64,000 nt of DNA from Eledone cirrhosa (lineage: Eukaryota). Made by a program: the position numbers and the translations under genes. Below are positions 35,697 to 50,010 of the stretch, piece by piece. The notes beneath the pieces were generated by a model that searched no databases, was not told where the DNA came from, and was given only the letters and a program-made list of their open reading frames with translations. The DNA lies in NCBI GenBank assembly GCA_964016885.1, contig OZ024741.1, positions 117,614,001 to 117,678,000 of the forward strand, read 5' to 3'. Within the stretch, counting starts at the first letter, position 1; every line of letters begins with the position of its first letter.

Positions 35697-38600
35697 GTAT
35701 ATATATATATAACACACATACACACACAATTTAATAGGAATCTGCACTACATTCAGTTTCCTTTTATCTCAACTTTAATAATAGAAGTTTACAAGTTTTA
35801 TATGAAGAAATTCATTGAAGTTATGTAATTAAAAACATTTCCTATAAAAATTCTTTTTTTATAGAGAATTTTTAATTTTTGTTAAATTTTTAAATTACTA
35901 TTTAATTTAAAAATTAACTAGAACAAAATAAATCTAGTGGCTGTGCTTAGATCAAGATCTTATAATCAGTAGCTTTCTAGCCTTGAGCATTTAAACTTTT
36001 TTCAGACATAGTGTATTTAGATCTATATTATCCAATGTGCCCTCATTTTTAAACAATAATTTATGTAAATTGACTTTTAACATCTTGTGATGGTTTAGCA
36101 GAAAATATTTAAAAGTTGTGAAAATTTGCAGTATTAAAGTAAAGACATTAATTTTTAATGTAACGCAGTTACTTTAATTCCTTAATCTTTTCTTAAATAT
36201 TTCATCATTCACCTTGAATCCTGTGTCCCCCCCCCCCCCCAAAGTCTGTTACAGCATGGAGCTTCACCATGTCGGTGCTTATTCTGGTTCTTTTCGTGTT
36301 AAGTCCATCACAGATTTAACCAACTATTGCTGGTCCTCATTTCCAGCTGAGTGTACTGAAGCAACATAAAATGAAATGTTTTGCTCATGAACACAATGCC
36401 AACACCTGGTCCAGGAACCAAACTCATGCCATTATCATCATAAGTTCACCACCCTAATCATCAGGCCATGCACCTTCACCATGATTCTAGGTTCTCCCAA
36501 AATATGCTTTATTTATTGATTTTCTTTAACTCTTAATGTTCTGTACTGCATGAAACCACATAAGGAAGACATGTTCAGTTGACTGAACAATTGAACATAC
36601 ATTATTAAAACTGATGGAGATCTGTCATTAGCCTCAGAGAAAATGTTTATACACCAGTTAATTCATTGTATTTTCTAACCAAAAATTATCATACTTTACT
36701 AAAATAGCTTTCTCTTTTCAATGTTTCAGTGAAATTATGAAAATTTACTTTCAATAGTTATTTATATTAATTTATTTTATTATTCAGAACACAATACTGA
36801 CAAGTTTACTTTAAATATATTTCTAAAACTATCTTTTCTCTGTTGATTATCCCATAGAAATTTCTTCCCACTTTGAAAGTTTTAATGTTGGATAAAAATA
36901 AAAATCTCTGTGAATAAAGATCTTTTGTAAATCTTTTTATTCGCTAATATCAAAATCTTTTTAAGTCCCTGAAGATTAAAAAGCTAACAGCTTTCAGATA
37001 AACAATAATAATAATTATCTATTTCAAACATTGACATTAACTAATGTTAGAAACCAGTTTTAAGTTCCCAAGAACCTAGACATTATATGTTGTTCTTAGT
37101 TGACATTTTCTCAGCTTATTATTTCATGGTTACACTCTAATGGAGGGGGCATGTTCACAATCTGCTATATGGCTCATATAATATTTCTTCTTTTCCTCCT
37201 TTTTTTCTCTTTATACACTTTAGAATTTCATTTTATCATCACCATCATCATCAGTTTTACATCCATTCTCTTCTTTTTTACATACTTTCTAACTTAATTT
37301 CATCATCACTGTCGTCGTCATCATCATTTTTATGTCCATTGTTTCATGCTGACATGGATTGGACAAGACATTTTGGGGTAAAATTCTTTAGTCAGGTGAT
37401 GCCTACCCTCACTTGTTCTTGAATAAGCTACAGGCCTTCATACATATAAATACTGGGCTGTGAAATTTCTAGTATGCAAAATATAAACAAATATCACCTC
37501 TTGCAGTGCTGGATGTGAAGAGAAAAAAACCCAGTGAGACACACACACACACACGTGGAACCTCCATCTGTTTCAACAATGAGTGTTCCAGTTTGAGCAA
37601 TGGAACAGCCTTCTCATGAAATTAACATGCAAGGTGCTGAGCATTCTACAGACATGTGTACCATTAACATACCTCTCAGGGACCCAATGCATGACATGGA
37701 TGGCCCTTTGAATTACAAGTACAACTCACTTTTGCCAGCTGAGTGGATTGGAGCAATGTGAAATAAAATGTCTTGTTCAAAGACACAATGCACCACCAAG
37801 AACCAAAGCCACAACCTTTCAATCATGAATCAAACACCCTAACCACTAACACACATACACATCTATACATATATTTATATAACAGGCTTACAGTTTTCAT
37901 GTACCAAGTTCACTCACATATGAATTTCTTAACCACATAGCCATGCCTGCACCTAAATGTTTCATTAAGAACTTTCATTGAAGTTGATTTCTCATTTAGT
38001 TTGTTGTCCAATTTTAGATGTTCTACTTGAACTAAAAATCAAGACTTGATTAATGACTTGTTTAATTATAAGTGTGTACTGATTAATTAGAAGCAGTGAA
38101 TTGGCAGATGCCTTGGATTGAATGTTTTGCAGTATTCATTCCAGCTCTCTGCACTCTCTGATTTCAAATCCCACTGAGGTCAACTTTGCCTTTCATCTTT
38201 GTTGAGGTTGACGAAAAAAAAAAAAAAAAAATATACCAGTCCAGTACTGGAGGAGACTCTTCCTCTATATCTCTTTTTCACTTTCTCTATCATTTTCTAG
38301 AAGAAATAGGTGTGTTCAGACTAGGAGTGGGGATGGGCTCCACCAAGTTTAAAATGCCCCAAAAATTCTGTATGTCACTACATGTCCTTTACAACTCTAC
38401 CAGGAGTTACAGGTCCATATATATCACACTAATTAATTAAGCTTAGAAGTAAAAAAAATCAGGTGGAGTTTCTAGAATTAAAAAAATTAACATTGAAATA
38501 ATAAACATTATTCATTTTTAAAAAGGAAATTTGAAGTTTGCTGGTAGTGATGGAAGCATGAAAAAACAAACCTGATACATACCATGAAGTGGTTGATATT

Positions 38601-40238
38601 AGAAAAGGCATGCAGTTGAAGACACCATGCAAAAGTGGAATGCATGAGCTAGAAAAAGTCGTCTGACTTGCCTATCTAACCTCTGAGTGTGACCTCCCAT
38701 CTAACCCATGCAAGAATGGAAAATTGATAATGAGAAAGGATTAATCCCAAATGATATTACATTTCCCCAGCGTTAAATACAAATTGACTCTTAGGTAATA
38801 GCAATTCTCTAGTGCTGGTGCCATGATAACATACACCCAATGCGCTTTTAAAAGTGTTAATGCTTGTACCATGATAAAATGCACCCAGTGTACTCAGTAA
38901 AGTGGTTAGTCTTAGAACAGTTACAACATAGGATAGAACTCTTCTGTCATGTCAGGAACATGACAAACTCTTTAGTATTGGTGCCACAATAAAATACACT
39001 CTGTAAAATATTTGGCATGAGGAAGGGCATCTGGCTGTAGAAACTGTTAAAAAAGAGTAGAAAAGACTCCTCAGTTACAGCAAGGACATGACAAACTTTC
39101 TAGTGCTGGTACCACAATTAAATGCACTCAGTACATTCTATAAATTAATTGGATTTAGGAAGGGCATCCAGTTATAGAAAACATGCCAAAAATGGAACAC
39201 ATTGAGAAGATGTGGTCCACTATGGTAATGATGTTGAATATATTTCTCACCAACTGACATGCTGTTAAACCTGTGATTACATTTTAAAATTGTAGCTTCA
39301 TTGTTTTTAAACTGAGATTTAAATTCTTTAAGAACTGCAAAAGACTCAGATTGGTTTAACCTTTCATCATTGGCATAACAATGGCAATAAGTAACCTGGA
39401 AAATTAGTTCAATTAAAGAAAATGAGGAGTAAAACCACTTTTAAACTCTCAACTTAAAAGATAAACTAAAATTTGCTGAATATTTTCAGATTGTGGCTTA
39501 TTTTCCCAACGTTTACATGCTTACATGTTTATAGTTTTATCATCATGACCCTCTACTTTCTCCTCTTTTGCTACTTTACCATTTTTCAGTTTCTCACTTT
39601 GAATCATTTATCTGACATAGATTGATAAATAAACTTAGTACAAATCTTATTGCTAGTACTGTTTAAGAAAAAAAAAATCCTTAAAAACTGTTTTATTTTA
39701 TTTAAGTTTATTTATATTGTTTTCATTACTACCCGGTGGAGCTAGAAACTTTGATATCATTAAAAACTCACCGACTTATTCACTATGTGATTTCTATCCC
39801 TAACCCATCAATTCACAAGTAATATTTATCTGAACAAATTTGAAAATATACCTTTCAGAGAAATTCCATTTATGGTCTTGGTATTTTTCCAAATTAATTT
39901 TTAACAAGTAGAATATTGTATTAAAAAAAAAAATTTTTTTTTTTTATAATTATATTTTACTCAACTCTTCATAAATAAGAAGTGGATCCAATAGTGAAAG
40001 AAATTTAAAATATATTTATATATTTTATATCCATGTTCCACCTACTATAATACTTTCAATACCAAACTATCTGAAATCACCTGTGCTTTTACAACACAAA
40101 ACTTATAATTTAAAGTCTTCACATCCTATACCACATGAAACCGCATTAGCAAGACATTCTTAAAAAGTACAAAAAAGCACTGACTACATCACATGAAAAA
40201 TTAAAACTTTTATCCCAATGCTGCAAAGTTTCACAATG

Positions 40239-40285
<47 letters not shown>

Positions 40286-40971
40286 GCTTATGCTACAGTA
40301 CATAAACATAAAGGTGCTCATTACACCTTTATATCGGAAGTGTGTGAAATCTATGTTAATTTATGTGCGATAAACGAGGATTCATTTCATAACTCCCAAT
40401 CTGCAATCTCAAATGGTTGGTCAGTCAAGCATAATATAACAGTAGGTTAGACAGAAACAATTTCAAAACTGCTCGTGTTTGTGGTTGAACAACTTAATGA
40501 AACCACACTCTGGGTTATATATCCTTGTATATCTCACACAAATTATTTTAGAAATATGTGTTTTTGCTTATATATAATATCAAACCTTTGCTGTATAAGA
40601 ATTCCAATTTGCCAGCTGGAGCTGTGGGCCTCAGAAGCAGTAGATTGACAGAATTATAGATATTCTCCACATCTAGAGCCTGATCTCCAGGAACATCTCC
40701 CTGAAACTCCTTATAATATATAAGCGAAGAGTAAATGGAAAACAACAAAGCAAACAATAGTTCAGTGATGATATATATGCTTGATATAGTAGGAAAAGAG
40801 TCTTAACATTTTGGATGCTAGTCCTTCATAAGAAGATAGAATGAGAAATAAAAGAAGAAATAGAAAGATAGAGGAGAGTAAGAAGAAACAGAAACATTTT
40901 GGGGGGAGAAAAAGCATGTGTGTGTTCAGCCAGCCATTTTAAGTGTGTATATGTGTGTGTGTGTGTGTGTG

Positions 40972-41012
<41 letters not shown>

Positions 41013-41211
41013 GTTTGCAGATTGATTCTGAATTCAGTTCTGTTTATAGCAGTCTGATATTAGTTAAACAATTCCTTTTGTATAAACATTTGCACAATAC
41101 TAAACCTGTGAGCAGGATTCGTACTGAAACAGTTATGCAATAACTGGAGGTTACACTGTAGTTTTCATTGTTTACTTTATATATATATATACACACACAC
41201 ACTCACGCACG

Positions 41212-41252
<41 letters not shown>

Positions 41253-41253
41253 G

Positions 41254-41328
<75 letters not shown>

Positions 41329-41400
41329 TTATTTGTCTCTAATATTTGAGACATCTCAATGAAAAGATGAAATATCAACTCGGAGAAGCAATTGAAAATA

Positions 41401-41640
41401 TTAAAGTTAAGCCAAAATCTCAATTTGGTGGGATATAAGTTAGAGAAAGTAAAATGCGTCAGTTTTACTCATATACTATCCTCAAACATGGTTTCTAGAA
41501 TTAAGAAACAATATTGATTGTTTTAATTTATTGAAATAATTAATATTGTTTCTTAACTCCAGAAACCACAGTTAGGGATAGTATATTTTAGTTGGTCTAG
41601 CTTATATCCCCTCAAATTGAGATCGTGGTTTAAGTTTTAT
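41401..41640. repeat. About 240-bp foldback
   Basis: atctcaatttggtgggatataagttaga / tctagcttatatcccctcaaattgagat, and tggtttctagaattaagaaacaatatt / aatattgtttcttaactccagaaacca. Confidence 0.85.
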
Positions 41641-41743
41641 ATATTTATATATATATATATATGTGTGTGTGAGTTTAATGTTTCATTGTATATGATAAAG
41701 TGTTACCCTTCAAAGATTTTAATTGTTATTTTCTTCTTTACAG

Positions 41744-41802
41744 TCGACAAAACGCTATGATCCTGAGAACACAACTTAATGTTCGGGTACATGCTGTAAT
41801 TG
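41744..41802 (+). CDS. FHOD: FHOD exon
   Basis: ttcttctttacag|...|gtaaga. 59 nt, phase 2->1. Encodes RQNAMILRTQLNVRVHAVI (FHOD motif ILRTQLSVRVHA). Confidence 0.93.
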
Positions 41803-44800
41803 GTAAGATAACTTCTGTAATTCCTCGTTATCATCTCAAAAGTCTCCTACTATTTTGTTTTCTAGTTTTTGCTTTCACTTCATAGAAATATTTTAGCTGA
41901 TGGACCTCTAACATAAATAAGCAAAATTTTGGGATGAAATATAGCTTAGAAAGATGTATGCACACTAGACATATTAACTCCTGCCATACATAAACAGCAT
42001 ACAACAATGTATACAAATGTATGTGTGTATCTATGTATTTATGTTTGTGTGTCAATGTCTATATGTATATGTAGGCATATGTGTTTGTATTTATTAATGG
42101 CATATGGTGGATATTCTCACAAAGTGTTGGAATGAATCTTTGTCAGTTTAAACGAAGAGTGTTCCAGCTTTTCAATCAACAGACTTCCAAACAGTTTCTG
42201 TCTATCCAGGTTTACTCACAAAGCATAATTTGAACTGAGGTTGTGGTAAGTGGCACTTGATCAAGATGCCATGCAGTGGAATTGAACCCAAGACCAAATG
42301 ATTGTGAAGCAAACTCATTAACTATTTGGCCATGTTGCATCCACTCACAAGGTGCTGTTCTGCTAAACCTACTATCCTGACATAGCTATAAGCATACAAA
42401 CTTTAGACTATTCCTATACATAATATTACTGTAACCATACAAAATTTAGACTATTTCTATATAGATTATGATCTTAACCTAATTTAATCTTTATTTCTGA
42501 ATGTATATTATTAGATTTGAAAACAAATTATAACCAGATTATATCACAATAGTGTAAGAACAGAATTATTTATAATAAAAATGAAGTGCTCAGCTAATAC
42601 ACTCTGAAAAAGAATATATATGTATATATATATATGTGTGTGTGTGTGTATGTATACACACACATGCACACACATACATGTGGATGAGATGTTACTAGTT
42701 AAGACCATGAAAGCCATTATTCCATAATGCTCACACATTACATAACATATACATACACATGTGTGTGTGTGTGCATGTGGATAGCTGCAGCTATCCAACT
42801 AAAACAAGTTCTACATAAGAAAGTGAATACAAGCTAAACCTTACACTAATGTTTTTCCTGCCATTGTTTTAGTATCATCATTGTATTGGCAGAATAAGTG
42901 AAACTTTGGAGAAAATGCTTTGCAGTATCTAGTTAGTTATTTTTACATTTTGAGTTCAGATCTCTCTTGGAAGTTGTTACTTAAATAATGTACCAACCAA
43001 GTACTGAAATAAATTAAATCAACAAAGCTATTTCCAAGCTTCAGTGCACTCAGTACACTCTATAATGACTGCCAATTGAACAGACACAACATAGGGTAGA
43101 GAAGACTTCTTTTTATCTCGTCAAGGGTATGACAACCTTTCTAATGCTGGTGGTATAAAATGCCCCCAGTACACTCAATAAAGTGATTGGTTTTGGGAAG
43201 GGCATCCAGCCATAGAAACCATGCTAAAAAAAAGGAACACTTCTGACCTACCTAGGAGAGCAGTAGTTCCAAATAAAAACAGGATATGGCCATAATGATC
43301 TATTCAAACCAGCATAGAAAGTGGACAGATAATGATGATGATAAAGTAATAGACTTCAATAAGTAACTAAATAGAATATAGATTTCAAACCTACTAGAAA
43401 TAGCAGCCAAATATCCCTCAAACAATACCTTTCTCTTTTGAATAAAAGGATAGAATGATACATTCAAAAATGTCTTTCTAAATATATAAAAAAATATGGA
43501 AAGATCAAATGTGGAATAACTTTGATAATTTCATCGTAGGTATGTTGGGTGTGAGCTGACCCAGGGTTAAACACTATCAGCAGCCAAGCAGATAAATCTT
43601 TTACCGTTTACAATGCATATATAATATCAAAAATTTAATTGCCAACACATCAGCAGGGAGGAAAGAAAAGTAATAGAAATGTATCTAGTGACTTTGTTTT
43701 GTGAGTGTCAAAACACAATGTCTAGACATGGAAAGAATAAAGGCCAGAAGGAGGTTTACGATTAATTATTTAATACAGCAGTTCATCATATAGGAAGGAA
43801 AAAAGATTTCTTTTGTCAATTCATGGAACAACTTAATTGAAAGCAGAATTATTTAAGACCTTATTTCACCTTTCTTTTCACAAATATCATGTTTGTGCGT
43901 GTTTGTGTGTCCACACACACACACGCACATACATACATACATACATACATACATAGTGGGCCAAAATTAGCTTAGTGTTAAGAAATGTGAATAACAAAAA
44001 ATAGAAAAGAAAAACCATAATGATATTAAACTTTATTCCTCTAAATTTATATGGTAGTTACATTAAATGTTTGAAATGCTGCCCATTATTATTTCTTACT
44101 AATGTCTAAGCTAATTGTTGTAGCTCATCCTCTGTGTGTATGTTGTATGTATATCATCATTATCACCATCTTAACGTCCATTTTTCCATGCTAGCATGGG
44201 ATTGATGGGTTGTACCATTTGAGGCAAGTTAGGTCAAATGACTGTGTCTTGCTCACACAACTGTTTCTGGCTTAGTTTCTATGGCTAGATGCCCTTCCTT
44301 ATATATATATATATATATATATATAATATGATGATATATATATATTTAAAATATAAAAAAACAACTTATATATATATATAAATTTAGATCAATATACAAT
44401 AATATCAACTCGATGTACCATAACGACTGAACGAAAAGTTGGTGCGAAAAAAATCATTATTCAGAGCACATTCTTAATAGATAATGTTATGAATACAACA
44501 TTTTAAAATATCTTGCAAATATATAACATAGTACTAGGCAGAACAGTAAAACTACTACTTAGTAATACACCATTCTTATATATATAATAATGAGTGGATT
44601 CCAGATGGATATCAGGAGGCGACAACAGTTAAAAAAAGGTACTCAATATATTGGTTAAGTAGATGCATTTTTTATTTTATATAGAAACTAGAGGACTAGA
44701 ACTGTTTCATACGTATGAAATTCTCTCTTTCACATGCACAGACATATGGCTAAATGTTTAAGAAGTTCACTTTGCAATCATAGGGTGCTAGATTTGATCC

Positions 44801-46463
44801 TAGCGTGGTGTCTTAGGCAAATATCTTTACTATAACCTCAGCTTGACTCAATCCTTGTGAAAGAAATTTTGTGAAAGTCCATTGAATATATTGTGCCTGT
44901 AAGTCACACTGATTCAGTTTGGGAAGGTTAAGGTTACATATGTCTATGGAATATTCATTCATTTAATAAGTTAGATATTGAGTTCATCAAACAACTGAAT
45001 GCTCATTGTTGAAGCCAATAAAAATACATTTCCTTATATATATTATCATCATCATTTTTACATCTGTTTTTCCATGCTTTTATGAACTGGATAATTCCTC
45101 TTCAGCCCAACATCTCACCACCTTTGGCTATATCTTCCTTTGTCTTTCACTGGGTCATTGTAAATGTACAATTTCAAATTTGTATAAATTTAGCTCTCTC
45201 TCTATATATAGTAGAATTAATCTGTGGAAAAAGGATAAGTGATAGAATTTATTACATTTTTAAAATAAATTTATTCTTAAGATTGTCAACCTCAGGCTAT
45301 TATAAATCCTGTGGATGATAGTTGCTTAAGATACACATGATCTAATGATTGCAAAATGAACTATATAACTGTTTGGCTATATTTCATAAAAATAGTAATA
45401 AGACTAAAACAAATTTGTAAAGATATTTGTAAGCAAAGAAAAGAAAAACAGTTTTGGCTATTTGGTGAGAGTCATGATGTAACAACACTTAATAATTTTC
45501 TCTTCTTTACCAAGGTCACTTTACTCTAGGAAAGAAACTTCTAGAATGTTGCTGTAAATAAAATTGGGAAATACTATCAATAATTTAACTTACATGACCA
45601 ACTTTAAGACAGGAATTTTGTCCCAAAATGGACATCTATTGTTATAGAAAGCAAGCATTAGTCATAAATTGGGTTATTTGCTATAATTTTCTGTTTTTAA
45701 AACTGCTCTCTTCATCTTAATTATCTCTCGTTAATTACCCCTAACTGCTCAATTATTGACAGAGATTCTCTTTTTTTCCAACTAGTTAACTGCGATAATG
45801 TGCCAATGTGCCAAATCTCCTCTTTCACTCCATTATTTTTAATTGTTCTCTACTCCTTGTAGTGTTGACTTTGGTTTCAAGGAACTTTTTTATTTTTTAT
45901 TTTATTTGCTAATTTCTACCAAGTATTTTTTCCCATACGGTTGTAATCTGATGATGTACATTACGCATAAAGTATTTTTTGTAAACTTTTTACCAACAGT
46001 TCACAGCCTACTATCTTTTTGCTTTTTATACATATACATTTCTAGTTGCTTATGGTTGAATGGTTAAGGAATTTCCTTTGCAATCATTAGGACCCAGGTT
46101 CGATACCACTGAATGGCATCTTGAGCAAGTGTTATTTACAATAGCCTCAGGTCAACCTATGGTATCACTAGGATAATGTACAGTACAGTATAGTAGTTAG
46201 TATTAGTGGTTATGGTTGTGGTATCACTGGTCTATAGTACAATATAGTAGTTAGTGTTAGTGGCTATGGTTGTTTAACAGTTTTCATTTTGCAGATCAGA
46301 GATATTCCTACTATAGTCATCTCTGCATTTATTTAGACATAGGGTATCTAGGATTACATTATATAATGTAGTAATTCACAACATGGGTCCATGTGAGCCC
46401 GCAGTGATCCATACCTAAGTTTTGGTGGTCTGCAGTAGTTTTATATCCTACTGTTGTATAATG

Positions 46464-46580
46464 TACCGTAGATACTTGAATATAAGTCCAACCCCTATTT
46501 TATGTCAAGGAAATAGGCAAAAATCCAAACCCCATTTATAAGTTGAGGCAGGTAATCAACATGTTATGTTTAGATGGTGC
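46464..46580 (+). mobile_element. Tc2/pogo-like DNA transposon terminal fragment
   Basis: TA|CCGTAGATACTTGAATATAAG resembles Tc2-type TIRs. A second copy lies at about 54545-54670. Confidence 0.55.
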
Positions 46581-47782
46581 ATAAATACATGTCAATTCCT
46601 GGTGACATGATAAAATACACTCAGTACATTCTGTAAGGTGGTTGATGATAGAAAGGACTTCCAGCCATAGAAAACTCACCAAACAAAGAGGATGTTTCAG
46701 CTATGTCAAAGACATGACAACCTCCCTAGTGCTGGTGCTACTATAAAATCTATCTGATGTATTCTGGTCAGTGGTTTCAATTGAGTTTTGACTTGACCTG
46801 TGATGACTTATACACCCTTGTTAGCAGGGAAAACAATATTAAATGATGAAGATGATAGTGATGATACATTTCTACATACAATTTGCTTAGGAAAATTGTA
46901 TTAGCATTACATTGCTAACACTTGAAAAAGACATTTGTCAATTTACACATATAATACATTGATTATTCTTTTTTCTTCTCTCTGCCCTAAAAAGTTCACA
47001 TGTCACAGCTACACATCTAAGGATAAAACTACAGGAAATTAATCCCAGGGCATCCTTCCTGCTACACTATGACAAGCAGAGCAAATTAGATTTAGAAAGA
47101 AATTTACTTGAAACATAAAGGAAATGAAATTTTCAAAAGCTGATAATAAGCAGTTTTTTTTTTGTTGTTTTTGTTTAATTTCTCTTCCTATCAACTTCTC
47201 TCATTAAGCAGAACTATAATTAACAAGTAAATAGGTATATTTATGAAAAATGTTATTTGTTTTCTCAACTATAATTATAATAAAGTATAATTCATGATAC
47301 ATCTGATGAAGGCTGTGACCTGTAGCATTGGCTGTATATAATGTACACATGTGTGAACACATATACATAAAACATAGTGATTCGCACACTTGTTAAAACA
47401 AGTGAAATTTTGTAGAAAAGATTTTTGCAATATTTGATTTATAAATATATATATATTGTAAATAGTTAGTGCCAAACAGCTGAGCTCATGCTGTTTATAT
47501 ATATCACCACCATCATCATCATCATCATGTCTGTTTTAACATGCTTGCATGAGTTAGATGAGCCCTCTCCAGCACAGTATTCATCCACATATTTATTTCC
47601 ATTGTCATGACCTGTGTGAGGTTCCACATCCTGTCACAGACACACACAACTCCTTCATTTTTATTGAAAGAGGAGGACAAGGCGATGTGTGTTGGTGCAT
47701 AGAATTGACTGGAAGAAGGAAATAAAGAAAGGCAATGTACAAGACAAGTTCACCCTCATCAGCTTATCTATCTATCTATCTA

Positions 47783-47851
<69 letters not shown>

Positions 47852-48050
47852 GGAGAATCTTCGATGTATATCAGGAGGTGACCACAGTTAAAAAAGGTAC
47901 TCAATTCGTTAGAGTATAGGCGTCATTATCTTATTATGAAAATGACTTCTACCAGACTACAACTGTTTTATTCATATGAAATGATTAGGAAAATCCTGAT
48001 TTCTTATGAATGAAACAGTTATAGTTCTGTAGAAGTCATTTCTATAATAA

Positions 48051-48239
48051 TAATTGTTTCTACTTTTGGCACAAGGCCAGCAATTAACCAGTACATTACT
48101 GGTACTTTATTTTATCGACCCCGTAAGGATGAAAGGAAAAGTTAACCTTGGCGGGATTTGAATTCAGATCATAAAGGGCCTTAACTCTTTGCTGCAAAGC
48201 ATAGCGTCCGACTCTCTACTGATACTGCCAATCCACCGC
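48051..48239 (-). mobile_element. Family A SINE inserted at the end of a foldback element
   Basis: Reverse complement of the family A consensus with ataataata on both sides. Confidence 0.88.
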
Positions 48240-48284
48240 TGAATAATAATAATAATGTGTGTGTGTGTATATATATATATATAT

Positions 48285-48445
48285 GCTATGGTGTTAGGAA
48301 GGGCATCCAACTGTAGAAAACCCGCCAGACAGTCCTATGCGAGCAAGACAACCACTCTTGCCTCAAGTGGGAAAACCCCCGTCCAAACCCATGCAAGCGT
48401 GGAACACGGACGCTAAACCTGATGATGAAGATGATGATGATGATG
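48285..48445 (+). mobile_element. Short 3'-UTR-only copy of the RTE copy-2 family
   Basis: Close match to the reverse complement of about 32860-32995; (GAT)n tail; follows (TA)n. Related short ends occur at about 495-575, 1002-1150, 3520-3575, 44155-44300 and 62335-62395. Confidence 0.85.
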
Positions 48446-48699
48446 CTATATGGCTTGGTGTTAGGAAGTGCACATGGTTATAAATCTCTGCCTATAAAAG
48501 TTGTATCCAACCCATGCCAATATTGAAAATCATACGTAAAAACAGTGGTGATTTCTTATGAATGAAACAGTTCTAATCCTGTAGAAATCATTTCTATAAT
48601 AAAATAAATATGCCTATACTCTACTAACCTATTTAGTACCTTTTTTACCTGTGATCACCCCCCCCCCCCCCCCACTATAGACATTGGGATTCCACCTAT

Positions 48700-48766
<67 letters not shown>

Positions 48767-49149
48767 TACATACACACTGTAGGTATCTTGGTATGAAAAT
48801 AAGTACTAAGACAGAACTGTATAAATGTTTGTAATTCTTTAGTTTCCTAAACTATTACATGCTAGAACAGGTTTCAAAACTCCCATTTGTAGACACATTT
48901 TACATAGGAAATGCACTAACACATAGCTATAGATAACTTATGTGTATACATAACTGCTTTATAATATTGGCATACTTTCAATGTCTTTCACTCTGATGCC
49001 AACAATATACCAATAATTTTGTTTACTTTCAAACATAATCATATAATCACCACCATTCCTGAGATGAAGCTACTGTTATTTCGATCATTGGGAAAAACAT
49101 TTCAAATAATAGCTGCGTTTCAGTCTCATTTAAGAAGTTAGGAATATCT

Positions 49150-49465
49150 CATAGGCCCCCTTTGGTCACAAATGATCATGGTCTTGCACTTGGAAAGTTT
49201 CCCTCAGAGACACAAGCCTGGCAAGGTGTGTTTGTGGAAGACCAGCAGTCTCCCCTCTCCATGCCACCGATGTTGTCCAAGGAGAAAGGCAATGGCTGAT
49301 ACAGCTTGGGACCAGTGACATTGCAATTCATTTCTACAGCTGAGTGAACTGGAGCAATGTGAAATAGTGTTTGGCTCAAGGACACAATGCACTGCCTGGT
49401 CAGGGATTCAAACTCTCAACCTTAAGATTGAGAGCACAATGCTCTAACCACTAAGCCACATGCCT
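49150..49465 (-). mobile_element. tRNA-derived SINE, family B (CORE/V-like)
   Basis: A box tggcttagtgg, B-box-like gagtttgaatcc, body ccttgagccaaacact. Relatives at about 4115, 36345, 37730, 55010, 57065 and 63650. Confidence 0.75.
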
Positions 49466-49469
49466 TCTC

Positions 49470-50010
49470 ATTGAAACCAAGGACTTGTGAGCTGGAATAT
49501 TGTCCTGATGAAACAAGACCCCTTTCATCAGTTTTCCTGGTCTTGATAACCTTTTATAACTGCCTCAGCAAGTTGGCATAGTACTTTCCATTGATGATAT
49601 GGCAATTTTGAAGATAGTCAATAGACACAATGCCTTTTGCATCTCAAAAAACTGAAGCCATCATTTTCCTTGCAGATGAAACGAAATTGGCCTTTTTTGG
49701 AGTAGGTGAGGAGGGGGTATTTCCACTGCATAGCTTGTCTCTTTGTCTCTGGTTCAAAGTGATGAATCCAACACTCATCCTAGGTTATGAAATGTTCAAA
49801 GAAACCAGCTGGATCAGCCTCAAACAATGTCAGATTTTCCCATGATGCGATCAACCTAGTGCGCTTTTGATCAGGTTTCAGAAGATGTGGCACCCACCGA
49901 GTAGAAACCTTTGTCATGCCAAGTTCATTGTGCAGAATATTCTCAACTCTCATGGATATGCTAATAACACTGGCTATTTGTTTTATAGTCAATCGCCTTT
50001 TATCTATCAC
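49470..50010 (-). mobile_element. Decayed mariner transposase fragment (irritans/Himar1-like)
   Basis: Motifs RWVPHLL, DECWIHHFEPE and MASVF*DAKGIVSIDYL, with stops and frameshifts. Confidence 0.85.

Larger units (their letters stand above)
47850..48695. repeat. Foldback-family arms interleaved with SINE and RTE insertions
   Basis: Arms at 47931-47984 and 47997-48050, plus a further reverse arm at 48548-48690. Same family as 7795-7935, 44590-44722 and 60191-60426. Confidence 0.8.
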
